Origin: Spirosoma sp.
GTDB lineage: Bacteria > Bacteroidota > Bacteroidia > Cytophagales > Spirosomataceae
Assembly (NCBI RefSeq): GCF_048594605.1
Contig: NZ_JBMDWV010000364.1
Coordinates: forward strand, 5,916 to 69,915
Reading direction: 5' to 3'
DNA: 64,000 bases
The number at the start of each line of letters is the position of its first letter. Within the stretch, counting starts at the first letter, position 1. The translations under genes were made by a program, and so were the position numbers. The notes under the pieces are model-generated. The model did not search any database, had not been told where the DNA came from, and saw only the letters and a program-made list of their open reading frames with translations. Shown in pieces: positions 1 to 9,754 of the stretch.

Positions 1-1081
1 GCATGAGGTGGTTTGCCGAATCGCCAATGCAGTGCGTATTGGCCTGGAAGCTTGAATTGTAAAGCAGTTTTGTAACCCGTTCTAATTCAGTGGGGCTCAG
101 TAGCAGGAAGCCGCCTGTTTCCGGGCGGTCGCTGTACGGTTGCCGTAGGCAGGCTCCACGCGAACCGAGCGCCCCATCGGCATAAAGCTTAAACGAACGT
201 ACCGTCAGTCGATCCGTCTGAAACGGACCGCGTTTTAGAAAATAATTCAGATTAGGTTCGCCCAGGCTAATCATAGCATAGTCCCGGATTTTGAGTTTGC
301 CAGTACGTTGCAAGCTGTCAATCAGGTTAATCTCATCGGGGCTAATGCCAGCGTCGGAAACGGTAGTTAGTCCCATGGCTACGCAGGCTTTTTGCGCATT
401 CAGCAACATCCGACTTTTGTCGTTATTATCAGGCTGTGGAATCACACGCCTGATAAGCAGCATGGCGTTATCGACCAATACGCCCGTTGGCTGTCCATCC
501 TGCAAGACTACTTCTCCACCCGGAAGTTTTGATCCGGCTGTTACGTTGGCTAGTCGGAGCGCTTTGGAATTAACAAGCAGGGCGTGCCCGTCTACACGCA
601 TCAGAACCACGGGTATATTGGGGAACGTAGCGTCCAGTTTTTCTTTTGTCGGAAAAACTTTATCGTCCCAGTCGTTTTGGTCCCAGCCTCTACCCGAAAG
701 CCATAATACGTTCGGGTGATTGTGGTAAAACGTTTTTAATCGCTCAATAACTTCATCGTACGACGTAGCGCCCACCAGATCGGCCTGGTCGAGAACTTGG
801 CCCAAACCCAGAAAGTGGGAATGTGGATCGTAAAAACCAGGATAAACGGGCGCGCCGGCCAGATCAGCTGTTGACGCGGCTTCGTACTCACTGTCCAGCG
901 CCTGAGCGGAGCCTACTGCCAGAAATTTTCCGTCTTTGACCACAAAAGCATCGGCGGTCGAAAAACTCGAATCTGCCGTGTAAACGCGGGCATTGGTAAC
1001 GAAAAGATCGGCTTTTTTCTTAAAAGAACAGCTCGATAGAAGGAAGGATAGAGTAGAAAATAGGAGTAATAACTGTTTCAT
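1..1081 (-). CDS. Amidohydrolase 3 (YtcJ-like) lipoprotein, partial: 3' end lies outside the window
   Basis: Not in the ORF track because there is no stop in the window. Hand translation from ATG at 1081 gives MKQLLLLFSTLSFLLSSCSFKKKADLFVTNARVYT (lipobox LSSC), then PGFYDPHSH, RVDGHALLVNSKAL, FKLYADGALGSRGA and THCIGD, all typical YtcJ-family motifs. Confidence 0.9.
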   Translation of the reverse strand, partial: MKQLLLLFSTLSFLLSSCSFKKKADLFVTNARVYTADSSFSTADAFVVKDGKFLAVGSAQALDSEYEAASTADLAGAPVYPGFYDPHSHFLGLGQVLDQADLVGATSYDEVIERLKTFYHNHPNVLWLSGRGWDQNDWDDKVFPTKEKLDATFPNIPVVLMRVDGHALLVNSKALRLANVTAGSKLPGGEVVLQDGQPTGVLVDNAMLLIRRVIPQPDNNDKSRMLLNAQKACVAMGLTTVSDAGISPDEINLIDSLQRTGKLKIRDYAMISLGEPNLNYFLKRGPFQTDRLTVRSFKLYADGALGSRGACLRQPYSDRPETGGFLLLSPTELERVTKLLYNSSFQANTHCIGDSANHLM

Positions 1082-1150
1082 ACCAGTTAAAGGAAAGCTC
1101 GCAAGATAATCGAAAGGTTAATAAGCTGATGAGACAATAGCAGATTCTTG

Positions 1151-1158
1151 TATTTTTG
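1151..1158 (+). promoter_or_regulatory. Bacteroidota housekeeping -7 element (TAnnTTTG) upstream of the TolC gene
   Basis: TATTTTTG about 30 nt before the ATG at 1188. Confidence 0.55.
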
Positions 1159-1187
1159 CTTTAATCGTTCTTGTTACTACGTATTCA

Positions 1188-2576
1188 ATGAAGCTCAGCA
1201 GTTGGATTTTATTCTCTTTTCTGCCGTTATCGGTATTTGCTCAACAGCCTCAAAATGCTATTCAACGTGCGCAGCAACGCACTTATACAATGGCTACGTT
1301 ACCTCAGCCGGGTGAGACCCTGACGCTACAACAGGCTATTGCACAGGCTGTTGAAAATAATTATCAAATTCATATCAATCGTTCGCAGGAAGAAATTGCC
1401 CGTAATAACTATACGAAAGGAAACGCGGGATACTTACCGTCGTTGACATTTAATGCTACGTCGAATGGGGGGCTGCAAAGTTTCCGGCAAACGTTTATTG
1501 ACAATATTCGACCGCCACAGACGGCAAATGGTATTTTCAACCGTACGTCTAATTTGGGAATTAATCTCAATTACACGGTTTTTAATGGATTTGCACGCCG
1601 AACGGTTTATACGCAGCTTCAGCAGCTGCTCCAGATCAGTACCGTAAATACCCGGGCAAACGTAGAAGCAACAATGGCGAGCGTGGCCACGAGTTATTAC
1701 GACGTAGTGCGCCAGTTACAACGGCTGATTGCGTTCAGTCAGGCATTGGATATTTCGCGTGAACGGCGCGACTTGGCGCGGGCCAACTACGAAGTTGGGG
1801 CACGTTCGAAAGTTGATTTCCTAAGCGCCCAGGTTGATTTTAATACGGATAGTGCTGCGCTGCTTTCGCAGGAACAGGCGTTACGTAACGCTAAAATTGT
1901 GCTGAACACATTGCTGATTCGCGACCCGCAAACGGAATTTTCCGTTCGTGATTCGATCATTGCCCGGCCTGATCTGCAACTGGCTCCGCTTCAGCAATCT
2001 TTAACCCAAAACAACCCGCAACTGGTTGCGGCTGTGCTCAACCGGAATTTTACAGATCTGAATATACAGATTGCCAATGCGGCACAGTTACCGTTGATTA
2101 CGGCGCAAACGGGTTATAACTATCAGCTTCAGGATAACCAGGGTGGTTTTGGCGTGGCCACCGGTCGAACCCGGGCTTTAACCTATAGTGTTGTGGCATC
2201 AATCCCGATTTTTAATGGCTATAACCTGAAACGTCAGATTCAGAATGCACGCGTTAATACGATTATTGCTCAGGATCAGGAGCAGAATCAGCGTTTACAG
2301 CTTCAGTCGGCGCTTAGTCAAACATATCAGGCGTATCAGAATAATCTGCAGCTATTAAATCTGGAAGTGCTGAATAATCAGCTGGCGAACCAGAACGTTG
2401 AGATCGCCTATGATCGTTACCGTATCGGAAACTCTACCTTTGTCGAATTTCGAGACGTACAACGTAACGCAATCAACGCCCAAACCCGGCTAATCGAAGC
2501 AGAGTACACGGCAAAAGCTGCCGAAATCGAATTGCTACGTCTGAGTAGCACCATTTCTCAGGATCTTGGTCAATAA
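1188..2576 (+). CDS. TolC family outer membrane efflux protein
   Basis: 462 aa with signal peptide. LTLQQAIAQAVENN start, A.YLPSL and .QLPLITA repeats, IPIFNG, and C-terminal Y..G.S...E pattern show the two-repeat OEP architecture. Confidence 0.92.
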   Translation: MKLSSWILFSFLPLSVFAQQPQNAIQRAQQRTYTMATLPQPGETLTLQQAIAQAVENNYQIHINRSQEEIARNNYTKGNAGYLPSLTFNATSNGGLQSFRQTFIDNIRPPQTANGIFNRTSNLGINLNYTVFNGFARRTVYTQLQQLLQISTVNTRANVEATMASVATSYYDVVRQLQRLIAFSQALDISRERRDLARANYEVGARSKVDFLSAQVDFNTDSAALLSQEQALRNAKIVLNTLLIRDPQTEFSVRDSIIARPDLQLAPLQQSLTQNNPQLVAAVLNRNFTDLNIQIANAAQLPLITAQTGYNYQLQDNQGGFGVATGRTRALTYSVVASIPIFNGYNLKRQIQNARVNTIIAQDQEQNQRLQLQSALSQTYQAYQNNLQLLNLEVLNNQLANQNVEIAYDRYRIGNSTFVEFRDVQRNAINAQTRLIEAEYTAKAAEIELLRLSSTISQDLGQ

Positions 2577-2605
2577 ATAGCTCATCTGAATTAAATACTG
2601 GATTT

Positions 2606-2642
2606 AAAAAAGCGGACTGATCCACGATCAGTCCGCTTTTTT
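2606..2642. terminator. Intrinsic terminator, bidirectional form
   Basis: AAAAAAGCGGACTGATC-cac-GATCAGTCCGCTTTTTT, a perfect 17-bp inverted repeat 30 nt after the TolC stop. Confidence 0.9.
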
Positions 2643-2867
2643 ATTGTCTTCTTTTTCGCGTAATCGAATAAAAAGAGACGCAAAATGGCATATAGATATA
2701 GGTAATTGTTTGCTATAATATTCTTTGGTAGATAAAATGTTTATTTTAATTAGAAAATAGTATTGAATTACGGGTATAAAGTATAGATTCTGCTGGCTAT
2801 ATTTTGATATGTTAAAATTTTGTATCAATCTTCGAGTATTTAGCCCGCGCCTTTGATAAATACCTGT

Positions 2868-5800
2868 ATGATAAAAATTTACACGTCCGTCCTTGCCCGG
2901 ATGATAACCGGCAAAATAGGAATAGCCTTCGTCGCGGCTTTTCTGCTACCAACACTCGTTACGGCTCAATTTCAGATCAATTTTCCCGTTTCGCGTATTG
3001 TCTTTCAGCGAAATAATGCCAATCAGGCAATGGTGCCGTTCAGTGCTATCCCTACGGCTGCCGTTACGCAGCTTAAAGTGCGTTTAGTAGTTCGACAGGG
3101 AGGAGTAACTACCGGCTGGACAACGCTTACACCTACGAACGGTGTGATTTCAGGCAGTGTGCCTGCGGTTCAGGGAGGATGGTACGATCTGGAGGCCGAA
3201 GCTTTTAACGGCAGTATAAGCCTGGGTATAAAACGCGTACAGCGGGTAGGGGTGGGCGAGGTGCTACTGGTATCCGGTCAATCGAATGCTCAGGGATTTT
3301 CCTCAACTATAGGAGCGGCTGATGATCGGGTATCGTGTGTTGATTTTTACAGCAATGACATAAGAGAGTTTCGCATGCCTCTGGTATTCAGTCAATTGTC
3401 TAATACGGCTCGGGTAGGCCCAACCAATGCACTTTATATTTACGGGATGCTGGGCGATAAGCTTGTACAACGCCTTGGGGTGCCTGTTCTTCTGTACGGA
3501 GCTGCTTGGGGCGGCACATCCTCTTCGCAGTGGCGGCAATCGGCAGAAGGAAATCTGACAATCCCGGAATCGGCGCAGTGGGGTGGGGCTGATGAACTGA
3601 TGCCTTACCGAGCGATCAGGGCAACGTTGAATCACTACGTTCAGCGAACAGGGCTACGCGGGATTTTCTGGCATCAGGGCGAATCAGACAAAGGTTTATC
3701 GGGTACTGCTTATGTCAGCAATCTGAAAAAGGTAATCGAGATTAGTCGTCAGGACGTAGGAAGCTCGACATTAGCCTGGATTGTCTCGCGCGCTTCCTGG
3801 CTTGACGGGTGGGGCGACAATAATATCATACAGGCTCAGAATCAGGTAATTGCCGAGATGCCCTATTGTTATCCAGGGCCAAATACAGACGTGTATGACA
3901 ATAGCTACCGACGGGATCAGACGCATTTCCTGGAGTCTTTTTATCCGCAGCTGGCTCAAATCTGGAACGACGCCCTAACCGATACCTTTTTCCAGCAGTC
4001 AACGCCTTACGTTTTATCGACCGAGCCACCACGTATCACGGTGGGAATGCCTCAGCCAGCGTATCAATACACGAATGGACATCTGGTTATTCCTTTCATG
4101 GATGAGTCGACCGTTCGTAATAAACTGCCTACCGTATATACAGCTCAGTTAGTTTCTCTGACAGGGCAGTTCATTACAAATCTGGGTAGCAGCACGAGCA
4201 GCCCAATGCGGGTTACACTTCCGGGAAACTCCACAGGAACGTACCGTGTTCGGGTGGTTTCATCTATAAATGGCGCTGTTTCGAGCCTCAGTCCGCCCAT
4301 TAGCATCTTTACACCTACGTACGCAATGGGAACGGGTTCGGGCTTGATTGGCGAATACATCAGTGGGATTGAGCCGAATGGCCCTGTACTGCATACGCAA
4401 CTGGATGGCCCTCTGGATTTAACCTGGTTTAGAGCGGATAACGGGGGCCCTACACCGTTTATGCCGATTCGTGATTACGTAGTGCGCTGGACGGGCCAGG
4501 TCGAAGCACCCGTTACGGGCACGTACACCATTAAAGCGGCCAACGACGATGGATCGCGTATCTGGATCAATGATCAGTTGATTGTTGATGACTGGGCCAG
4601 CCATCCCTGGGCGAACACCAAGAAAGGCCAGGTTACCTTACAGGCTAACCAGCGATACAATATTAAGATTGAGCTGTTGCAACGATGGTTTGATGCGCAA
4701 GTGCGCTTGCAATGGGTTGTGCCAGGCACTTCGAACGCCGTCTACATTCCTAAGGACCGCCTGTACCCGGCCTTACTCCCCTACATACCTGAGGCCGAAC
4801 CCATGGAAGTTGTGTTTCCCCGGCAACGTACTGTATTTCAGAGAAGTGTGAACAACGTAGCGCAGGTTACAATTGCTGGAACCTGCCCGACCAGAACCGA
4901 ACGTATTGAAATCCGGGTATCGCCGACAATAGATAGTTACGGCCAAAACAGCGATGCCTTTGTTCTGCTGGATAATCAGCCCGCCAACGGATTTTTTTCA
5001 GGAAAAATTAACATAACGGGGGGGTGGTATAACCTGGATGTTCGGGCAATTGCACAGAATCAGGTCATCTGTCATACCCGTGTGACTCCGGTTGGGGTAG
5101 GCGAGGTATTTGTTATTGCGGGCGAGGCAAATGCACAGGGCGTTACACCTATTCGGTCTGTCGCAGCGGCTATGGATACACGGGTCAACTGCGTTCCGCA
5201 TTACAATTACACCGACACAACGCGTTTGCCTGTTCCGCCATTGTTTAACTGGATCGCTGATGGTGAAACGGCCATTGGCCCTCACGGCAATACAGCCTGG
5301 TGCTGGAGCGAACTGGGGGATATATTGACAAAGCGTCTAAATGTTCCTGTCCTGTTTTATAATACCGCCTGGGCAGGTACAACCGTTCGGAACTGGCGCG
5401 AAAGTATGGAACAAGGTAATACGACAATTGGCGGAAATGCCTTACCGGCGGGTATGCCTTATAGTAATCTCAAACGTGTGTTGCAGGATTACGTGCCTTT
5501 AACTGGGTTGAGGGCCGTGCTGTGGCAGCAAGGCGAAACAGAATATTACTCGGCCAATCCGCAGGCTACTAATTATGCTGCTGATCTACAGGCCATAATT
5601 GCCCGCACTCGGCTAGATTCGCGTTCTGCTGAACTTCCCTGGTTAGTGGCCCGCGCTTCTGCCGACAATACGACATCGCAGCTGTATCCGTCGGGAAGTT
5701 ATGAACCCGTTACGAATCAGCAAAATAACGTAATTCAGACGGTTGCCAAAGTAATGGCAGGCCCCATTGTCGATACGATCCAGATGCCCCGACCGGATGG

Positions 5801-6773
5801 CAAACATTTGCAGGGAGCAGGCCTAAGTCGACTGGCTGCGGCCTGGAATAATGCCCTCACAACGACGGTATGGAATACGTCGCCTGTGCTTTCGATGACG
5901 CCGGTTGTGAGTGATTTACGTCTGTCGGCACAAGTGACCAACCGGGTCCAGTCGGTAGGAACTGATTTTCAGACATCTGTAACGGTGTGGAATGAAGGGC
6001 CTGTAGCCGTAAGCAACGCAGTAGTACGTTGCCTGCTGCCCAATAATCTACAGTTCGTTAACAGTACGTCAATGACTTATCAGGCGGGTAATCTCCTGGC
6101 AATTATCGCCAACATAGCCGCCAGGGGAAGTGCTACGTTGTCATTTACAGCGCGTATGCAGCAACCAGGGGCGTACCGAATGGCTGCCGAAATCGTTCGC
6201 GTCGACCAACTGGATCTGGATTCAAGGCCCAACACCAGTATCGGTAATGGCGAGGACGATGTAGCCTGGATAGATTTCCGCACTCTGGAGAACTCATCCG
6301 ACTTTTTTACTGTAATGCCGTCGCCCAATGCGCCATTGTTACCAGTAGTATCGAGCGGTCAGCCGCTGCCTGATCCGAATAAGGTAGATCTAAGTCTTCG
6401 GTTAGTAAGCAATAGTCTGATCGTTACGGCCAGCAATCCAGTATCGGTAAGCCTGATTGTGACGAATACAGGTGCTCAACCTGCTCAGAACGTGCAGATT
6501 GGTTGTTCTTTGCCAGCAGGATTAACGTTTAGCAGTAGTGCCAACATGAGTTTGTCAGGCAATACGGTACGAGGGACGATCCCGAGTATTCCGGCCGGTG
6601 GGCAGGGACTGTTGCATTTTACTATCACGCCCAACGGTACTGGGAACTGGAATCTACAGGCGCAAATTGAAGCGACTTCACCAACGGATGCCGATTCAAC
6701 GCCGAATAATGGCTTCGCTAATGGCGAGGACGATGTTGCTACGCTGAATCTTCAAACGCTGCAGGTTCCTTAA
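2868..6773 (+). CDS. Secreted multidomain protein: SGNH/CE6-like (SASA) esterase - PA14 - second SASA-like domain - 2x DUF11
   Basis: Domain 1 has GQSNA, WHQGES and DQTH. PA14 region YVVRWTGQVEAPVTGTYTIKAANDDGSRIWIND. Domain 2 has GEANA, WQQGET and DGKH. Two DUF11-like repeats (DL.L......V.N.G...A.NV....LP..L.F). Start is ATG 2868 or 2901; the track starts at TTG 2853. Confidence 0.85.
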   Translation: MIKIYTSVLARMITGKIGIAFVAAFLLPTLVTAQFQINFPVSRIVFQRNNANQAMVPFSAIPTAAVTQLKVRLVVRQGGVTTGWTTLTPTNGVISGSVPAVQGGWYDLEAEAFNGSISLGIKRVQRVGVGEVLLVSGQSNAQGFSSTIGAADDRVSCVDFYSNDIREFRMPLVFSQLSNTARVGPTNALYIYGMLGDKLVQRLGVPVLLYGAAWGGTSSSQWRQSAEGNLTIPESAQWGGADELMPYRAIRATLNHYVQRTGLRGIFWHQGESDKGLSGTAYVSNLKKVIEISRQDVGSSTLAWIVSRASWLDGWGDNNIIQAQNQVIAEMPYCYPGPNTDVYDNSYRRDQTHFLESFYPQLAQIWNDALTDTFFQQSTPYVLSTEPPRITVGMPQPAYQYTNGHLVIPFMDESTVRNKLPTVYTAQLVSLTGQFITNLGSSTSSPMRVTLPGNSTGTYRVRVVSSINGAVSSLSPPISIFTPTYAMGTGSGLIGEYISGIEPNGPVLHTQLDGPLDLTWFRADNGGPTPFMPIRDYVVRWTGQVEAPVTGTYTIKAANDDGSRIWINDQLIVDDWASHPWANTKKGQVTLQANQRYNIKIELLQRWFDAQVRLQWVVPGTSNAVYIPKDRLYPALLPYIPEAEPMEVVFPRQRTVFQRSVNNVAQVTIAGTCPTRTERIEIRVSPTIDSYGQNSDAFVLLDNQPANGFFSGKINITGGWYNLDVRAIAQNQVICHTRVTPVGVGEVFVIAGEANAQGVTPIRSVAAAMDTRVNCVPHYNYTDTTRLPVPPLFNWIADGETAIGPHGNTAWCWSELGDILTKRLNVPVLFYNTAWAGTTVRNWRESMEQGNTTIGGNALPAGMPYSNLKRVLQDYVPLTGLRAVLWQQGETEYYSANPQATNYAADLQAIIARTRLDSRSAELPWLVARASADNTTSQLYPSGSYEPVTNQQNNVIQTVAKVMAGPIVDTIQMPRPDGKHLQGAGLSRLAAAWNNALTTTVWNTSPVLSMTPVVSDLRLSAQVTNRVQSVGTDFQTSVTVWNEGPVAVSNAVVRCLLPNNLQFVNSTSMTYQAGNLLAIIANIAARGSATLSFTARMQQPGAYRMAAEIVRVDQLDLDSRPNTSIGNGEDDVAWIDFRTLENSSDFFTVMPSPNAPLLPVVSSGQPLPDPNKVDLSLRLVSNSLIVTASNPVSVSLIVTNTGAQPAQNVQIGCSLPAGLTFSSSANMSLSGNTVRGTIPSIPAGGQGLLHFTITPNGTGNWNLQAQIEATSPTDADSTPNNGFANGEDDVATLNLQTLQVP

Positions 6774-6780
6774 CGAACGT

Positions 6781-6813
6781 ATTGTTGCCAGAAAGGCTCT
6801 TTCTGGCAACAAT
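6781..6813. terminator. Hairpin between convergent genes
   Basis: ATTGTTGCCAGAAAG-gct-CTTTCTGGCAACAAT, a perfect 15-bp stem between the stops at 6773 and 6818. Confidence 0.8.
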
Positions 6814-6817
6814 TGGA

Positions 6818-7861
6818 TTAAGATTTCTTATTCGGATCGAGTACTACGTGCCGAACGCGGTTACGTTTCCAGGTGTAAGTGATATGTACCAGTCCGTCAG
6901 TTGATTGAATGACAGCTGGATACGAATATTCGCCTGGCTCATTTTCGAGTACAGCCAGTGTTTTCCAGTTTTTGCCATCATCCGAAATGGCGACATCAAG
7001 AGGAGTTCGCGGACCGTTTTTACCGTTATTCGTTGTCGTGGGATTATAAACCAGAACCTGCCGACCATCTTTCAACGTAACGGCATCCGTTCCTGAGTTA
7101 GGATTTGGCAGCGATGTTTTCTCTAAAGCTGACCAGGTTTTCCCGTTGTCTTTCGACCAGCTTTCCAGAATATAACCGACCTTCTGGCTGCGGCAAAGTA
7201 CCTGAAGCTGACCGTTCGGATGAAATAAAATACTTGGCTGAATCGCTCCATCCGTAATGCCGTCGTTGATTGGAGCCGTTTTTTGCCATGTTTTTCCCCA
7301 GTCGCTGGTCTGTTCGAAATGAACGCGCCAATTATGATCTTCTGAGCTGGTTGGGCATAACAAAACGCCTGAGGATAATAAAACGGGCTTGTTTTTAATT
7401 GGGCCTAGAATCCCCTCCGGTAGTCGCTCGGCCTCTGACCAGGTCTTTCCGTTGTCTTTTGAACGCTTAAGCAAACCCCACCAGGTTGAAGGACTTGGCC
7501 CTACTTTATAGAACAGAATCAGTTCGCCACCAGGGCGCTGGAACAAGACCGGATTCCAGCAGGGTAGTCGCTTCCCATCGGGTTGCACCCCCGTTGCTAC
7601 TTCCACGGGCGTTGTCCAGCCGCTTTTGGTCAGACTACTCACCCAGATACCTACGTCGGGGTGACGCTCGTGGGTTCCGCCAAACCAGGATGCTATGAGC
7701 CCCTGGGGCGTTTCCGCTATGGTCGATGCATGACATTCAGGAAATGGCGCTTTTTCATAAATCCATTCCTTCTTTAAGATCGCCGGATTGGTGGGCTGTG
7801 CATAAAGTTGTTGGATCGACAGAGAAAAGAGAATCAGTAGAAGACGAAAGTTAACGTTCAT
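6818..7861 (-). CDS. BNR-repeat (Asp-box) sialidase-like protein
   Basis: Asp boxes SKDNGKTW, TSDWGKTW, SKDNGKTW and SDDGKNW. CHASTI..WFGGT, PCWNPVLF, GPIKNKP and YSYPAVI motifs. Signal peptide. Confidence 0.9.
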   Translation of the reverse strand: MNVNFRLLLILFSLSIQQLYAQPTNPAILKKEWIYEKAPFPECHASTIAETPQGLIASWFGGTHERHPDVGIWVSSLTKSGWTTPVEVATGVQPDGKRLPCWNPVLFQRPGGELILFYKVGPSPSTWWGLLKRSKDNGKTWSEAERLPEGILGPIKNKPVLLSSGVLLCPTSSEDHNWRVHFEQTSDWGKTWQKTAPINDGITDGAIQPSILFHPNGQLQVLCRSQKVGYILESWSKDNGKTWSALEKTSLPNPNSGTDAVTLKDGRQVLVYNPTTTNNGKNGPRTPLDVAISDDGKNWKTLAVLENEPGEYSYPAVIQSTDGLVHITYTWKRNRVRHVVLDPNKKS

Positions 7862-8001
7862 GAGGAATAAGTAGGATGAGGCCGGAAATTACATATTTCT
7901 GGATTTATTGCCTCTCCAATTGAGTCATCAGTCCAGATACAGTTATCATTAAAGTAACTCAGGCAAGATGGCTACTTATGTTCTGCTACGTGTCCAGACT
8001 C

Positions 8002-8739
8002 CTATTTTTTACGATCAATTAAGATGGTTTCTATATCATCTTTATAATTACGTCCGAGAGGAATAGGTTGATTATCAGATAGTATTAGCCGATTTCGTTC
8101 CATCCGGACTACGGATGCTTTCGCGACGATAAAGGATTTGTGCACTCGAAGAAAGCGGCTCTCCGGGAAAATACTGTGCATGGCTTTGATCGAGCCTTTG
8201 ATAACAATTTTGCCAGTAGTTGCGTGAATAATTGCGTAATCTTTCAGGCCCTGGATGTAGGTTACGTCCTCAAAATTGAGCTTGATACGTTGTGTGCCAC
8301 TCTTGACAAAAATTGATTCGGTCCGGGTTGTTCCCGGCAGGGTTTCTACTGGGCTATTTTCAAGCCGAACGTTTTGCGTTTTCAGGGTCAGAAAATCCCG
8401 GATTTTTTCGACGGTCTGTAAAAATCTGGAGTAAGCAATTGGCTTTAGTAAGAAATCGATGACGCCAAGTTCAAACCCTTCAAACGCATAATCTCGATAG
8501 GCCGTTGTAAAAACAGTGATGGGCGGCTGCGAGAGCGATTTAAGGAAATCAATTCCATTCATGCCAGGCATTTCGATGTCCAGAAGCAGTACGTCTGCTT
8601 CGTGATTTTCCAGATACACTAGTGCATCGTGGGCATTGCCAAATGAACGTATTGGTTCTATAAAGTTCAGCCGCGCGAGATATTCCTCCAGCACTTCGCG
8701 AGCCAGTGGTTCATCATCAATAATTACGCATTTTAACAT
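8002..8739 (-). CDS. LytTR family response regulator
   Basis: Receiver domain IIDDEPLA, LLLDIEMPGMNG, FTTAYRDYA and DFLLKP. C-terminal LytTR motif FLRVHKSFIV. Confidence 0.95.
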   Translation of the reverse strand: MLKCVIIDDEPLAREVLEEYLARLNFIEPIRSFGNAHDALVYLENHEADVLLLDIEMPGMNGIDFLKSLSQPPITVFTTAYRDYAFEGFELGVIDFLLKPIAYSRFLQTVEKIRDFLTLKTQNVRLENSPVETLPGTTRTESIFVKSGTQRIKLNFEDVTYIQGLKDYAIIHATTGKIVIKGSIKAMHSIFPESRFLRVHKSFIVAKASVVRMERNRLILSDNQPIPLGRNYKDDIETILIDRKK

Positions 8740-8746
8740 ACGGGAA

Positions 8747-9244
8747 TTAGTTCACGATTCGATTCAGCGTATAGCTCAGATTTTCATCGCCTACGCGCAT
8801 CCGTCGTTGCTGGTCGAGAATAAACAGTACGTTGTCGTCACCTTTCAGAATATACACTGATACGTCGGGTGTGTCGGAGTCGAGTTGATAGACAATGGCT
8901 TCCGGGTCGGATGGCGTCCCTTTTACAAACGACCATTTCCCTTCGCGCGCTGCCTGCCGATTCAACGTGCCAAGCAGATGATACGTAGTGGGCTGGTGCG
9001 TAACGGAGTCCTGAAAAAGTGTTAGTGCCCATTTCACTTTCCAGCATTCTGGACTAACGGTAAGTTTCCAGTCTTTAGCTAGTTCGGCGCAGGGAAAACG
9101 ACCGGCAAACACACCCAGCACTGATGGTCCACTGGCAATTGGCTTGCGCGACGTTGTTTTCGATGGGACGTTCGTTTGACGGGCATCCTGCGCGTAAAGA
9201 CTCACTACGGAAGTGAGCAACAGAAAAAATACAACGTTTCTCAT
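8747..9244 (-). CDS. Secreted NlpE-N-like protein (paralog 1)
   Basis: Signal peptide. FAGRFPC-x14-C.KVKWALTL, EGKW, DDNVLFILD and SYTLNR. Overlaps the upstream paralog by 4 bp. Confidence 0.75.
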   Translation of the reverse strand: MRNVVFFLLLTSVVSLYAQDARQTNVPSKTTSRKPIASGPSVLGVFAGRFPCAELAKDWKLTVSPECWKVKWALTLFQDSVTHQPTTYHLLGTLNRQAAREGKWSFVKGTPSDPEAIVYQLDSDTPDVSVYILKGDDNVLFILDQQRRMRVGDENLSYTLNRIVN

Positions 9245-9714
9245 TTTCTGTTGAGGGTATAGCTCCAGCCAGCATGACCAATCATTAGTTTTCCCTGTGA
9301 GTCTAACAGGTGGATCAGATTGTCGTCCAGTCTGGCGAATGTGATACTGGTTTCAGGCGTCGTTGCGTTCAGGCGATACGTCTCTTTATTGCTGGCATCT
9401 TTTCGGATGGACCAGTTGCCTTCTTTAGTCTGGCTGGTTCCGTTATTGCGAAATCCGGTTGTGTTGGGCTGCGTTAGGCCATACGTATAGCTGAGTCTGA
9501 ACGTAGTAGGGGCCTGATTGCGTGGATCGCGACGTAGCGCCAGATTCCATTTGATGAATTCACAATCAGCATTGATTGGAATCGAAAGCATGTTTCTCGG
9601 AATCATATCACAGGGTGTACTTCCTACAAATGTTACCGGGTCGGGCGAAACGCGGCTGGCCTGAATAAAACAAGTTGCCAGCAACAGGAACGTACTGATT
9701 TTGAGGGTTTTCAT
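9241..9714 (-). CDS. Secreted NlpE-N-like protein (paralog 2)
   Basis: Signal peptide. FVGSTPC-x15-C.FIKWNLAL, EGNW, DDNLIHLLD and SYTLNR. Confidence 0.75.
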   Translation of the reverse strand: MKTLKISTFLLLATCFIQASRVSPDPVTFVGSTPCDMIPRNMLSIPINADCEFIKWNLALRRDPRNQAPTTFRLSYTYGLTQPNTTGFRNNGTSQTKEGNWSIRKDASNKETYRLNATTPETSITFARLDDNLIHLLDSQGKLMIGHAGWSYTLNRK

Positions 9715-9754
9715 CAGCTGTTAGTTTTTGTTTTTAGGCAATATCTAAATCATA

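Noticed and set aside
291-719. 142-aa plus-strand ORF
   Set aside because: It is the antisense shadow of the minus-strand amidohydrolase, which has clear family motifs.
2628-2828. 66-aa AT-rich ORF
   Set aside because: It overlaps a terminator and the promoter region of the esterase gene, has biased composition, and shows no protein-like motifs.
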